A stretch of 64,000 nucleotides of DNA, from IMG/VR virus record IMGVR_UViG_3300008952_003529. The stretch is one strand, 5' to 3'. The notes beneath the pieces were generated by a model. That model was not told where the DNA came from. It made no database searches and worked only from the letters and a program-made list of their open reading frames with translations. Shown here in pieces: positions 1 through 10,146 of this stretch. The stretch's first letter is position 1; the number at the start of each line of letters is the position of its first letter. Source of the stretch: a virus. The position numbers and the translations under genes were made by a program.

Positions 1-381
1 GGGAGTACATTTTCCGCTGATATGCTAATCAAGAGGGTAGAGTCGTTTTTCGGCTTAAAAGAGATATTCAGGATGTTGAATGACCAAGCGCAATCAGGAT
101 ATATCACTAATTTTTATGGCCGACCCATTGAGGTCACGGATGCTCGCCGCAATGTGCTTGTGAATAATTTCCTGCAATCATCCGCGGTCGACGTTGCATT
201 GGCAGGGTTTTGCCAGATCGCTGAAAATATTCCTTCATGCAAGCCGGTATTTATTATTCATGATGCTCTAATTATGGATGTGCCGAAAGGACAAGAAGAC
301 GCTTTGGAGAACATCGTTGCTCAAGGATTTTCTGATGAGAAGATGGGACACTTTCCTCTCAAGCTCACGAGGCTAAAATGA
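1..381 (+). CDS. Family A DNA polymerase, C-terminal fragment (5' end outside window)
   Basis: Frame is open from position 1. GYITNFYGRP, NNFLQSSAVD and IIHDALIMDV match the PolA C-terminal blocks (motif C here HDA instead of HDE). Confidence 0.75.
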   Translation, partial: GSTFSADMLIKRVESFFGLKEIFRMLNDQAQSGYITNFYGRPIEVTDARRNVLVNNFLQSSAVDVALAGFCQIAENIPSCKPVFIIHDALIMDVPKGQEDALENIVAQGFSDEKMGHFPLKLTRLK

Positions 382-896
382 ACGAAGAAAAATTACGAAA
401 ATATATCCGGCGAATGCTTACAGAAGAGGCTGAGGAGCCACAACCTCCTACACGACCAAAACGTAGAGGTGTTAAAACGAAACCAGGATCAATAACTGCG
501 TCTATCGGTCGGGGGAACACCAGCACCGGCGTAAAAGAAGCAGGTGCATTAGCAAAAGACAACCCCAAGCAATTAATGAAAAATCTCAAGATTTCATCTG
601 GAGGCCCAGGCGATTTAAAGGGTATTGGGTATATTCTTAAACAAGCGTTTAAGGGGGCTGAAGCAATGCAACAAGCATACTCTGGTCATAGTACTGTGAG
701 TAAAGGTGATAAAAAAGGTATTAAGGTTTCTATGTCTAAGCTTGATCCTCGAAATGGTGTGAAATATCTTCAACATACTCTTTTTGCTGCGAAAGAAGCT
801 GGGATGTTCAAGTTAAAAGATGCGCTACAAATAGACGTCGATGGTAAAGATATCGTCATTTATTTTTCTGAACATAAGGGTAGCTGGAACAAATAA
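378..896 (+). CDS. Hypothetical protein with shared amphipathic leader
   Basis: ATGA overlap with upstream stop; N-terminus MNEEKLRKYIRRMLTEE resembles the leader found on many ORFs in this window. Confidence 0.7.
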   Translation: MNEEKLRKYIRRMLTEEAEEPQPPTRPKRRGVKTKPGSITASIGRGNTSTGVKEAGALAKDNPKQLMKNLKISSGGPGDLKGIGYILKQAFKGAEAMQQAYSGHSTVSKGDKKGIKVSMSKLDPRNGVKYLQHTLFAAKEAGMFKLKDALQIDVDGKDIVIYFSEHKGSWNK

Positions 897-900
897 AGCC

Positions 901-928
901 TTGTACATCCCACCAGGAATGTTAAAAT
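901..928 (+). promoter_or_regulatory. Candidate sigma70-like promoter
   Basis: TTGTAC-16 bp-TAAAAT with TG extended -10, intergenic, followed by GGAG RBS and ATG at 950. Confidence 0.4.
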
Positions 929-949
929 ATATCTTGGTAGGAGAAATGT

Positions 950-1789
950 ATGAAGCATTTAGAAAATAAGGACGGTCTTGTAGTTCTCACTAAGTTCTCT
1001 GGACTGTCGGCCCCTGATCGAGAGCCCATTTCTGGAGATGTTCCAGCAGTTGTGCTGGATGTGGAAACAACCGGCCTTCGAGCAGACAAAGACGAAGTTA
1101 TTCAAATCGCTATACGCCCGTTTTTTGTGAGCCCCTCGACCGGTGAAATTTCTGGTATTAAGAAAACGATCGAGTTCAAGCAGCAACCGACATACCCTCT
1201 CTCGCCTGAAATTCAAGACATTACAGGCTTCTCTGATGAAGACTTGAAGGGTCATGAGATTAATTGGGCTCGAGTTGCAAAGATTTTAAATTCATGTCAA
1301 TTTATAATTGCTCACAATGCAAGCTTTGATAGGGAATGGGTAGACACGAACCTTAAAAGGAACGGCCATTCGCCTCCCCCTGATGCCATCTGGTGTTGCT
1401 CAATGTCTCAAGTTATGTGGAAGGACATTTGCCGCCCATCAAAGGCTCTAGAGGTCCTCTGCGCCTGGCATGGTTTTTTCTATAATTCCCATAACGCTAT
1501 TGCTGACATTGATGCGACTCTCCACCTTCTGAGGATGAGTGATAAGATGGAAGAACTGCTTCAGACGGCAGTAAAATCTGATTATCATGTTTTTGCTGTT
1601 GGGTCTCAAAGGGATGAGAATCCGCTTTTGAAATCTCGTCGTTATCGCTGGAATCCCGAGCTAACATGTTGGTGGAAATCTACGCCGAATCAAAATGCGG
1701 CGGAAGATGAGTGCGAATGGCTAGCACAGAACTTAAGAAAAGTAGAGCCGCAATTTTTTGAAGTAGAGCCGCAGAATCGTTTTTCTTGA
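950..1789 (+). CDS. DEDDh 3'-5' exonuclease (DNA polymerase III epsilon-like)
   Basis: ExoI LDVETTG, ExoII AHNASFD, ExoIII HNAIAD motifs; GGAG RBS. Confidence 0.88.
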   Translation: MKHLENKDGLVVLTKFSGLSAPDREPISGDVPAVVLDVETTGLRADKDEVIQIAIRPFFVSPSTGEISGIKKTIEFKQQPTYPLSPEIQDITGFSDEDLKGHEINWARVAKILNSCQFIIAHNASFDREWVDTNLKRNGHSPPPDAIWCCSMSQVMWKDICRPSKALEVLCAWHGFFYNSHNAIADIDATLHLLRMSDKMEELLQTAVKSDYHVFAVGSQRDENPLLKSRRYRWNPELTCWWKSTPNQNAAEDECEWLAQNLRKVEPQFFEVEPQNRFS

Positions 1790-1803
1790 GATAATTAAAA
1801 TAG

Positions 1804-2073
1804 ATGAGTATCGATCACGAAAAAAAGCTTAGAGAGTTTATTAGGTTTCTTGTTGAGGAAGCCGAAGTTCTTGGCGAACCCGATTTTATACCGGGTCGTG
1901 ATGAGGATGATGATGAGGGTCATCATGATGAAGCTTCGACGGGCGGTGTCCCGGGTCCGATGCTTCCATTGGGTATGGGTTCCCCATCTGCTCGCCGAAA
2001 AAGACGGAAAGATGCCACGACCGCAAATGCGTCTGGTTTCGGCGGCGCAAAGGCCCATAAAAAAAGAAAATAA
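1804..2073 (+). CDS. Hypothetical protein with shared leader
   Basis: N-terminus EKKLREFIRFLVEE; fills the gap between flanking genes. Confidence 0.6.
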   Translation: MSIDHEKKLREFIRFLVEEAEVLGEPDFIPGRDEDDDEGHHDEASTGGVPGPMLPLGMGSPSARRKRRKDATTANASGFGGAKAHKKRK

Positions 2074-2075
2074 AT

Positions 2076-2104
2076 TTGAACATTGACAGCTTAACTATTA
2101 AATT
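2076..2104 (+). promoter_or_regulatory. Candidate sigma70-like promoter
   Basis: TTGAAC-17 bp-TAAATT in the intergenic region upstream of the SSB gene. Confidence 0.4.
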
Positions 2105-2173
2105 TTACTTGTCCTTAGGGATACCCATACTGGGAAATTAAACATTGCATATTAAAAATTTGGAGATTACAAA

Positions 2174-2980
2174 ATGGCAATTGATTTTGAAGCACTTCGT
2201 AAGAAGCTAGGCCAGCTTTCTGGCACCAACTCTCGCCGCGATAAGATGTGGCGACCTCAAGAAGGGGAAGAAGCTATTGTTCGGATGCTAGCATTCGATA
2301 CTGAGGATGGGCTTCCCTTTTCAGAACGATGGTTCTATTATAACATCGGAAATAATCCAGGTCTCTTGGCCCCCTATCAATTTGGCAATCCTGACCCGAT
2401 TCAGGAGCTGATTACCACTCTTCGTGATGAAGGAACAAAGGAGTCCTATGAGCTCTGCAAGAAGCTTTACCCAAAGCCTCGCTACTATGCTCCTGTTATT
2501 GTTCGTGGTGAGGAAGACAAGGGTGTTCGTCTTTGGGCTTTCGGGAAGACAGTGTATCAGTCACTTCTCAACATTATGCTTGATGAAGACTATGGCGACA
2601 TCACTGATCCCTCAAACGGTCGAGATGTAAAGGTTATCTGCACCAAGCAGCCCGGACGTCTTTACGCCTCAACAGAAGTTCGACCTCGAGGTAAGCAGTC
2701 TAAGCTGGCTTCTTCGACCAAGCAAGCCAAGGAATGGCTAGACTCTTTGCCCAACCTTGACGATCTTTACGAAGCGAAGTCTTACGACCAGCTTTCAAAG
2801 ATTGTTAATGACTGGTTGAGTGGGGATGATGCTGAAACCCAAAACTCAGAAGGTACCTCGCGTGGGTTTTCCAACGCTCAGGGCTCCAATACTACCACAG
2901 CCGGTGATAGCAACGAGCTCACGTCGAAGTTCAAGAGTTTGGATGATGCATTCGCTGATTTGGAAGATGACGGTTTTTAG
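2174..2980 (+). CDS. Single-stranded DNA-binding protein, T4 gp32-like
   Basis: GGAG RBS; aromatic-rich OB-like core (WFYYNIG, PRYY, LWAFGK), acidic tail DAFADLEDDGF; lies just upstream of the recombinase and helicase genes. Confidence 0.75.
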   Translation: MAIDFEALRKKLGQLSGTNSRRDKMWRPQEGEEAIVRMLAFDTEDGLPFSERWFYYNIGNNPGLLAPYQFGNPDPIQELITTLRDEGTKESYELCKKLYPKPRYYAPVIVRGEEDKGVRLWAFGKTVYQSLLNIMLDEDYGDITDPSNGRDVKVICTKQPGRLYASTEVRPRGKQSKLASSTKQAKEWLDSLPNLDDLYEAKSYDQLSKIVNDWLSGDDAETQNSEGTSRGFSNAQGSNTTTAGDSNELTSKFKSLDDAFADLEDDGF

Positions 2981-3006
2981 TCTCTAAAAAATAAGCGAAT
3001 ATCTCC

Positions 3007-3042
3007 GAGGGACCGAATCTCTGATTCGGTCCCTCTTTTTTT
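3007..3042 (+). terminator. Intrinsic terminator
   Basis: Perfect 13-bp stem GAGGGACCGAATC/GATTCGGTCCCTC with a 3-nt loop, followed by 7 T, just after the SSB gene. Confidence 0.85.
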
Positions 3043-3069
3043 GAAAACATGCTGAGAAGATGTTATAAT
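3041..3069 (+). promoter_or_regulatory. Sigma70-like promoter
   Basis: TTGAAA-17 bp-TATAAT with TG extended -10, 20 nt upstream of the recA start. Confidence 0.75.
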
Positions 3070-3088
3070 CTTTCAACGGGGAAATTTA

Positions 3089-4285
3089 ATGGCAAAGAAG
3101 AAAGACAAGAAAGAAACAGAAGATTTTACCAGCGACTTAATCAAATCGCTGAATAAAGAGCACGGCACCAGGGTCGCATATAATTTGTCTCAAGATGAAT
3201 CTCCTACTCACGTCAAACGGTGGGTGAGCACTGGCTCTGCACAATTAGATTATATTATTTCAAATAGATCGAATGGTGGTTTACCAGAGGGACGTATCGT
3301 AGAGATTTTTGGTCCTCCGTCCATTGGAAAATCCCATATTGCTATTCAAATTGCTCGATCCACCCAAGAAATGGGGGGTATCGTAGTTTATATTGACACC
3401 GAGAATGCTACATCAGTAGAAAATCTAGCTTTGCTTGGGGTCAACATTAGTAAGAGGTTTGTTTACGTCGATACACATTGTACTGAAGAAGTACTTTCCA
3501 TTGCTGAGTCGACGATTATGAAGGCTAGAGCAATGGAAAAAGATGTACCAATCACTATCATTTGGGATTCTGTTGCTGCATCATCTCCCAAGGCAGAGTT
3601 GACCGGAACGTATGAGCAGAATTCGATCGGACTACAGGCTCGAGCCATTTCAAAGGGAATGCGAAAAATTACAGGGGTTATAGGTCAAACTAATACACTC
3701 TTTGTAATTCTTAATCAGACTCGAACAAAAATTGGTGTTATGTACGGTGACCCCACAACCACACCTGGCGGTAAAGCTATTCCATTCCATTCGTCGGTTC
3801 GCATTAAGCTCGGAGCTGGCCAGAAAATTGAAAATAAGGAAAAAGAAGTTATCGGTATCCACGTATCTGCAAAGACAATCAAGAATAAAGTGGCTGCCCC
3901 TTTTCGGACATGCAAATTTGAAATTCATTTTGGAAAAGGCATCCGCGAACATGAACAAGTTTTTGATGAATTACGTAAATTCGGAGCGGGAATTATTGAT
4001 GGCAAAGAGGTGTGTATTAAGGGTTCGTCAGCTTGGAAAAATTTGACTGTTACTGACACTAGCACAGGCGAAATTTTATTAGAGAAGAAATTCTATAAGG
4101 CTGACTTTAGAGATGTCTGGCAAGACCCTCAATATAAAGAATACATTGATGCTTTGCTAGAGCTCTGTATGATTCGAAAGTTAGAAGATCCCAATGAAGC
4201 ACATCTAGATACCGAGGCTTACGAAGAGGTAAGAGCGGCTGCAATGGAGATTAATCTTGATGACATTCCTGATTTAGATGCATAA
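3089..4285 (+). CDS. recA: RecA/UvsX recombinase
   Basis: STG...GGLPEGRIVEIFGPPSIGKS Walker A, YIDTEN, IIWDSVAA Walker B, TTPGGKAIPFHSSVR. Confidence 0.93.
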   Translation: MAKKKDKKETEDFTSDLIKSLNKEHGTRVAYNLSQDESPTHVKRWVSTGSAQLDYIISNRSNGGLPEGRIVEIFGPPSIGKSHIAIQIARSTQEMGGIVVYIDTENATSVENLALLGVNISKRFVYVDTHCTEEVLSIAESTIMKARAMEKDVPITIIWDSVAASSPKAELTGTYEQNSIGLQARAISKGMRKITGVIGQTNTLFVILNQTRTKIGVMYGDPTTTPGGKAIPFHSSVRIKLGAGQKIENKEKEVIGIHVSAKTIKNKVAAPFRTCKFEIHFGKGIREHEQVFDELRKFGAGIIDGKEVCIKGSSAWKNLTVTDTSTGEILLEKKFYKADFRDVWQDPQYKEYIDALLELCMIRKLEDPNEAHLDTEAYEEVRAAAMEINLDDIPDLDA

Positions 4286-5228
4286 ACGACCGATACTCAT
4301 TATTGATGGTCTAAATTGTTTTTTTAGACATTTCGTTGCGAACCCATCATTAAGCGATAACGGCGATCCGGTTGGGGGTGTTGTTGGTTTCTTGAAAGGT
4401 CTACAGCTTTTGCTGGAGAGGTACAACCCTGATCGGGTTATTGTTGTTTGGGAGGGTGGTGGTTCACCTCGCCGTCGGTCGATCGACCCTAATTATAAGA
4501 TGGGCCGCCGGCCTGAAAGATTAAATCGTTTCTATTCAGATGACATTCCAGATACCGTCTCTAATCGAAATGAGCAGTTAGCAAAGCTTGTAAAAACGTT
4601 ACGGTACACTCCTGTTTTGCAATTTTATGTTTCTGATTGCGAGGCAGATGATATAATCGCAAGATTAGTGAACGTAAATTTTAAGGATGAAGACTGTATA
4701 ATCGTCTCCACCGATAAGGACTTGTATCAATTGGTCTCTGAAAAAATAAAGCAATGGTCCCCAGGGCAAAAAGCTGAGCTCAGCACTAGCGTTATTTTAG
4801 AGAAATTTGGTATTCATCCAATTAATTTTTGTGTAGCTCGTTGCTTCATTGGTGACGGATCTGACGGGTTAAAAGGCATCCCTGGAGCGGGGTTTAAAGC
4901 TATGGCAAAACGTTTTCCTGAACTTAAATCTTCTTCATTTGTGAGTGTCGAAGATATACTTACATTATGTCGCGAACGGCAAGAACAAAAGAGGTTAAAG
5001 CTTTATGATAATATCATGTCAGGAGAAGAAGTTGTTAAGAAAAATTGGAAACTTATGTATCTTGGAGATGGTAACCTTTCAGCCTCGCACGTTCAAAAAG
5101 TAGATGGTATTGTTGAAGCAGCAACACCCCGAAAAGACAAGCTAGGGTTTATGCGCTGCTTAATACAGCTTTGCATCAAAAACTTCGACACAGATAAGCT
5201 CTTTATGACTTTCAAAGCGTTAAATTAA
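4278..5228 (+). CDS. 5'-3' exonuclease / flap endonuclease (PolI N-terminal, T4 RNase H-like)
   Basis: LIIDGLN, YKMGR, CEADDII, VSTDKDLYQL, GDGSDGLKGIPGAG motifs. Confidence 0.9.
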   Translation: MHKRPILIIDGLNCFFRHFVANPSLSDNGDPVGGVVGFLKGLQLLLERYNPDRVIVVWEGGGSPRRRSIDPNYKMGRRPERLNRFYSDDIPDTVSNRNEQLAKLVKTLRYTPVLQFYVSDCEADDIIARLVNVNFKDEDCIIVSTDKDLYQLVSEKIKQWSPGQKAELSTSVILEKFGIHPINFCVARCFIGDGSDGLKGIPGAGFKAMAKRFPELKSSSFVSVEDILTLCRERQEQKRLKLYDNIMSGEEVVKKNWKLMYLGDGNLSASHVQKVDGIVEAATPRKDKLGFMRCLIQLCIKNFDTDKLFMTFKALN

Positions 5229-5239
5229 AAAGGAACATC

Positions 5240-6643
5240 ATGGCATCCACTATTGCATTATTAGATTCGGTTCCATCCGGCCAATTTTCACAGTATAACA
5301 AAAATTTTCAAGAAAAGATTTTGCAGGGCTTGTTATCTGACAAAACTTGGGCAATGCAGATGGTAGAAGTTATGCGCTCAGATTTTTTTGAACTTCGATA
5401 TCTTGAATATCTTTGTGAAAAATACTTTACGTACTTTGCTGAGTACCGCTGCTTCCCAACACAGGTTTTGCTCATTAGTATTATTAAGGATGCCCTAAGC
5501 GAAGACGGTGATATTTTGCTCAGAGATCAAATAGTATCATATTTGATAAGAATGAAAGAAAACCCGAGCCCAAATGATCTGGCGTACGTTAAGGCTAAGG
5601 CGCTAGATTTTTGTAAAAGACAGGCCTTTAAAGAAGCCCTTGAAGAATCAGTTAATTTGATCACCACCGGTGAATTTGAGCATGTTATTACTCTAATGAA
5701 GAACGCTGTTTCGATTGGGATGCCCAATACTGCTGGTCACGATTTTTTTGAAGATATGGAAGCGAGATTTTTGAAAATCCAGCGTTGCGTTTGCCCAACA
5801 GGCTTAGCAGAATTGGATTCGAGAGAAATTTTAAATGGTGGCCTGGGACGAGGTGAAATTGGCGTCGTTGTTGCCAACACTGGTGTCGGAAAATCTCATT
5901 GGCTTGTGGCAATGGGAGCGAACGCAATGAGGAATGGAAAAAATGTTCTTCACTACACTTTTGAGTTGACAGAGCAGGCTGTTGGATTGAGATATGATGC
6001 CAATCTGTGTAATATATCAGCGTCTGATGTAATTGACCATAAGAAGACTGTTCAAGACTACTATGGGAAAAATGAAGGATTTGGCCGATTGATGATCAAA
6101 GAGTATCCAACAGGTTCCGCATCTGTGGTGTCTATTAGGAACCATATCGAGAAATTAGCTTTTCGTAATTTCAAGCCAAGCGTCATAATCGTAGATTACG
6201 CAGATATTATGCGCTCCACCAAGTCATATGACTCTTTACGACACGAATTAAAGCTAATTTATGAGGAGCTAAGAAATTTGGCCATGGAGCTTAATATTCC
6301 TATATGGACTGCATCACAAGCAAATAGGGATTCTGCAAATTCTGATATTGTTGGGCTTGAGAACATGTCAGAAGCATATGGGAAAGCCATGGTTGCAGAT
6401 TTTGTAGTGTCGATTTCCAGAAAGGCAACCGAAAAAGCCACCGGTGCCGGCCGGCTATTTATTGCAAAAAATCGTGCAGGGAAGGACGGGATCGTTTTTC
6501 CTATTCACATTGACACAGCTACATCTAAGATTAGCGTATTGGACGAAGATGTTTCTACACTTTCAGAAACAATCGAAAATGATGAGAAAGAAATGAAGTC
6601 TGCGCTTAGAAAAAAATGGAAGTCAATTTCAGGTATCGCTTAG
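5240..6643 (+). CDS. dnaB: Replicative DNA helicase (DnaB / T4 gp41-like)
   Basis: Walker A ANTGVGKS, TFEL, Walker B IIVDYAD, WTASQANR, KNRAG motifs. Confidence 0.9.
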   Translation: MASTIALLDSVPSGQFSQYNKNFQEKILQGLLSDKTWAMQMVEVMRSDFFELRYLEYLCEKYFTYFAEYRCFPTQVLLISIIKDALSEDGDILLRDQIVSYLIRMKENPSPNDLAYVKAKALDFCKRQAFKEALEESVNLITTGEFEHVITLMKNAVSIGMPNTAGHDFFEDMEARFLKIQRCVCPTGLAELDSREILNGGLGRGEIGVVVANTGVGKSHWLVAMGANAMRNGKNVLHYTFELTEQAVGLRYDANLCNISASDVIDHKKTVQDYYGKNEGFGRLMIKEYPTGSASVVSIRNHIEKLAFRNFKPSVIIVDYADIMRSTKSYDSLRHELKLIYEELRNLAMELNIPIWTASQANRDSANSDIVGLENMSEAYGKAMVADFVVSISRKATEKATGAGRLFIAKNRAGKDGIVFPIHIDTATSKISVLDEDVSTLSETIENDEKEMKSALRKKWKSISGIA

Positions 6644-6654
6644 GGAGTTCCGGT

Positions 6655-9162
6655 ATGACATATGACTATAAAACGGCGGTCGAAAAATCGCTGGCTTATT
6701 TTGGTGGTGATGAGTTAGCTGCTAATGTCGTTGTAACGAAATATCTTTTGATGAATAAAGATGGTGAGTATCTTGAAGCCACACCTAACGATATGCACCG
6801 TCGTCTCGCAAAAGAATTTCACCGGATTGAAGCGAAATATGAGAACCCACTAACTGAAGAAGAAATATTTGATTTGTTGAAGGGATTTAAGAAGATAATC
6901 CCCCAAGGCTCTCCCATGGCTGGAATTGGTAACAATACCAAATTACAGTCTATCTCGAATTGTTTTGTCATTCCAGCGCCCGAAGACAGTTATGGGGGAA
7001 TTCTTTCAACAGACCAAAGACTCGTTCAGATTGCCAAGCGCCGCGGCGGTGTTGGTTTTGATATAAGCACAATTCGACCAAAGGGCCTTTCTACTGCTAA
7101 CGCTGCAAAGACTACCGACGGAATTGAGGTCTTCATGGATCGCTTTTCTAATTCGTGTCGAGAGGTTGCGCAAGGTGGCCGCCGCGGCGCATTGATGCTT
7201 ACGATATCTGTTCATCATCCTCAAATTCGTGACTTTATAAAAATCAAGAAAGACCTTAAAAGAGTGACAGGTGCGAATATTTCTATTCGTGTAACTGATG
7301 AGTTTATGGAAGCAGTTCAATCAAGCTCAAATGTACATTTACGTTGGCCTGTAGAGAGCAAAGAGTGCACGATATCAGAGTACGTTGACGCAAAAACGCT
7401 TTGGCATGAAATTATAGAGTCAGCTCATGCCACCGCTGAACCCGGATTGTTGTTTTGGGATACGGCAAAAAAGATGACTCCTTCTGATATTTACGCTAAC
7501 GAAGGTTTTTCATCGTGCTCCACAAACCCTTGCGGCGAGATTATTTTGTCTCCTCATGACAGCTGCAGATTGATGCTTGTGAACTTGACAAGCTTCGTAA
7601 AGAAAAAGTGGAAGTCTAATGCAAAATTTGACTTCGCTTCATTCGGCAAAGTGGTTCAAAAAGCTCAACGCTTAATGGACGACATGATCGATATTGAGAT
7701 TGAGCAAGTTGAAAAGATTCTTAAGAAGATTGAGGCCGATCCAGAGTCTGGCGAGGTAAAGCAAATCGAGAAAGACTTGTGGACAAATATCCAGACGATG
7801 GCTGTTCTAGGGCGTAGAACTGGCCTTGGAATCACGGGACTTGGTGATACTTTAGCAATGCTGGGTGTACAATATGGTAGCAAAAAAAGCATCAAGCTCA
7901 CTGAAGAAATATATCGAGCGCTAGCGGTTAATGCGTACTATTCATCTGCTGTCTTGGCAAAAGAACGCGGTGCGTTTCCTGCGCACGATCACGCCAAAGA
8001 GGATGGTCATCCATTTTTAGAGAGAATTTGGAAAGAAAATCCAGAAATTAAGGAAATGAATAAGGAATTTGGTCGCCGAAATATTTCAATAACTACGACG
8101 GCCCCAGCCGGATCAGTTTCTGTACTGACACAAACAACTTCCGGTATCGAGCCAGCTTATATGCTACACTATACACGTCGTAAAAAAATTACAGGTCAAG
8201 ACGAGGCTGCTAGTGTGGATTTTGTTGATGATAGTGGCGATAAGTGGCAAGAATATACAGTTTATCATCATGGATTTAGAGAGTGGATAGAACATTCGGC
8301 ATTTCGCAGCGATGATGATCCTGAAGAGATGGTCGAACTGAGTCCGTATAAGTGTTCAACAGCCTCAGAAATTGATTGGGTTGCAAAAGTGAGAATGCAG
8401 GCAGCTGCTCAAAAATGGGTATGTCATGCAATCTCTAATACGACAAATCTTCCCGCAGATATAGACATTGAGACCGTTAAAGATGTTTATATGACTGGTT
8501 GGGAGCTAGGGTGCAAGGGTATCACTGTATATCGTGATGGTTCACGAACTGGTGTTTTGGTCGCGAAAACAGAGGAAGAAGTTGACCCCCGGGAAAGTGA
8601 AAAGATCATCATAAAATCAGCTCCCAGAAGACCTGAAATATTAGACTGTGATATTCACCAGGCAAACATTAAGGGTGAGGCCTGGACGTTACTAGTGGGG
8701 TTAATGGACGGTGTTCCCTACGAAATTATTGGTGGTCTTGCGGAATATGTGGAAATTCCACGACGCTATATCACTGGTCAAATTCGGCGTCGCCCTCGTA
8801 AGTCAATGCCTTCGAAATATGATTTAATTTTTGGGCAGAATGGTGACGAGATGACCATCAAGGACATTGTTAAGGTTTTTGATAACCCCAACCATTCGGC
8901 ATTTACAAGGACAATTTCGTTAGCATTACGCCATGGCGTCCCGACCCAGTATTTGGTGGAGCAATTATTAAAAGATAAAGATGCGGATTTATTTTGTTTT
9001 TCAAAAGTCATTGCACGGTGCTTGAAGAAATATATCGCAGATGGTACAAGGGCTAGCAATGGCGTACTTGAGTGTGATTGTGAAACACCAGAAGACTGTA
9101 ATGTTGTTTATCAAGAGGGCTGTGCGACATGCTTGACATGCGGCATGGCGAAGTGCGGATAG
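6655..9162 (+). CDS. nrdJ: Class II (adenosylcobalamin-dependent) ribonucleotide reductase
   Basis: SNCF, RRGGGVG, QGGRRGA, TNPCGEI, TTAPAGS, KGITVYRDGSR and a C-terminal Cys-rich tail; no small-subunit gene adjacent. Start moved to ATG 6655 after the AGGGAG RBS. Confidence 0.9.
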   Translation: MTYDYKTAVEKSLAYFGGDELAANVVVTKYLLMNKDGEYLEATPNDMHRRLAKEFHRIEAKYENPLTEEEIFDLLKGFKKIIPQGSPMAGIGNNTKLQSISNCFVIPAPEDSYGGILSTDQRLVQIAKRRGGVGFDISTIRPKGLSTANAAKTTDGIEVFMDRFSNSCREVAQGGRRGALMLTISVHHPQIRDFIKIKKDLKRVTGANISIRVTDEFMEAVQSSSNVHLRWPVESKECTISEYVDAKTLWHEIIESAHATAEPGLLFWDTAKKMTPSDIYANEGFSSCSTNPCGEIILSPHDSCRLMLVNLTSFVKKKWKSNAKFDFASFGKVVQKAQRLMDDMIDIEIEQVEKILKKIEADPESGEVKQIEKDLWTNIQTMAVLGRRTGLGITGLGDTLAMLGVQYGSKKSIKLTEEIYRALAVNAYYSSAVLAKERGAFPAHDHAKEDGHPFLERIWKENPEIKEMNKEFGRRNISITTTAPAGSVSVLTQTTSGIEPAYMLHYTRRKKITGQDEAASVDFVDDSGDKWQEYTVYHHGFREWIEHSAFRSDDDPEEMVELSPYKCSTASEIDWVAKVRMQAAAQKWVCHAISNTTNLPADIDIETVKDVYMTGWELGCKGITVYRDGSRTGVLVAKTEEEVDPRESEKIIIKSAPRRPEILDCDIHQANIKGEAWTLLVGLMDGVPYEIIGGLAEYVEIPRRYITGQIRRRPRKSMPSKYDLIFGQNGDEMTIKDIVKVFDNPNHSAFTRTISLALRHGVPTQYLVEQLLKDKDADLFCFSKVIARCLKKYIADGTRASNGVLECDCETPEDCNVVYQEGCATCLTCGMAKCG

Positions 9163-9166
9163 TGAT

Positions 9167-9562
9167 ATGAGTTATTCAGGTAAAGTTATAGACCATTTTG
9201 AGAACCCAAAAAATGTAGGAAGCTTCGATCAGGATGACCCTAGTGTTGGTACTGGGATTGTAGGCGCTCCAGCTTGCGGTGATGTAATGAAGCTTCAACT
9301 TAAAATTAGCGACACCGGCATTATCGAGGATGCCAAATTTAAAACTTTTGGTTGCGGTTCTGCAATTGCATCCACCTCGTTAATAACTGTATGGGTCAAA
9401 GGAAAAACGCTGGAAGAAGCCTCAGAGATAAAAAATACTGATGTTGCAAAAGAGCTTTGTTTACCACCAGTAAAGATCCACTGCTCTGTGTTGGCAGAAG
9501 ACGCGATTAAAGCTGCAATAGAAGACTATAGGAGAAGAAGTGCACTGGACATCAAAAATTGA
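9167..9562 (+). CDS. iscU: Fe-S cluster scaffold protein IscU/NifU
   Basis: YSGKVIDHFENPKNVG, GAPACGDVMKLQ, KTFGCGSAIAS, LPPVKIHCS: all three Cys present. Confidence 0.95.
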   Translation: MSYSGKVIDHFENPKNVGSFDQDDPSVGTGIVGAPACGDVMKLQLKISDTGIIEDAKFKTFGCGSAIASTSLITVWVKGKTLEEASEIKNTDVAKELCLPPVKIHCSVLAEDAIKAAIEDYRRRSALDIKN

Positions 9563-10142
9563 TAATAAAATTGAAAAAGTTGAGCTAAGAAAAAGCCCGG
9601 TCATTGTAAGAGTTAATAAATTTGACGAAGAATCAGCAAAAAAGTTTAACGATGAAATGGCTTTAGCACATAACACTGGACAAGATGTGATTCCAGTTGT
9701 TATTGATTCGTACGGAGGACAAGTTTACAGTTTGATGGCGATGATAAGCGCAATAAAGAATGCTGAAATACCCGTCGCTACGATCGTCGAAGGAAAAGCG
9801 ATGTCCTGTGGTGCGATTCTTTTTTCATTCGGTGAAGAGGGTCGCCGTTTTATGGACCCCAATGCAACAGTGATGATTCATGATGTGTCGTCAATGGACA
9901 TGGGGAAAGTAGAAGAATTAAAGGCTGGCGCAAAAGAAGCAGATCGTCTAAACGGTATTGTATACAAGATGATGGCTCAAAATTGTGGCAAGAAAGACGA
10001 TTATTTTATGAAGATTGTCGACAAGAAGAAACACGCAGACTGGTTTCTGGATGCTAAAGAAGCAAAGAAGCATGGGCTTGCAAATCACCTCCGTGTTCCA
10101 AAGCTTTCTATAACGGTCGAAGTTAATATCGAGATGGAGTAA
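9540..10142 (+). CDS. clpP: ClpP-like serine protease
   Basis: IDSYGGQV, GKAMSCGA (catalytic Ser), ATVMIHD (His), WFLDAKEAKKHGLA. Confidence 0.82.
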   Translation: MHWTSKIDNKIEKVELRKSPVIVRVNKFDEESAKKFNDEMALAHNTGQDVIPVVIDSYGGQVYSLMAMISAIKNAEIPVATIVEGKAMSCGAILFSFGEEGRRFMDPNATVMIHDVSSMDMGKVEELKAGAKEADRLNGIVYKMMAQNCGKKDDYFMKIVDKKKHADWFLDAKEAKKHGLANHLRVPKLSITVEVNIEME

Positions 10143-10146
10143 GGAA

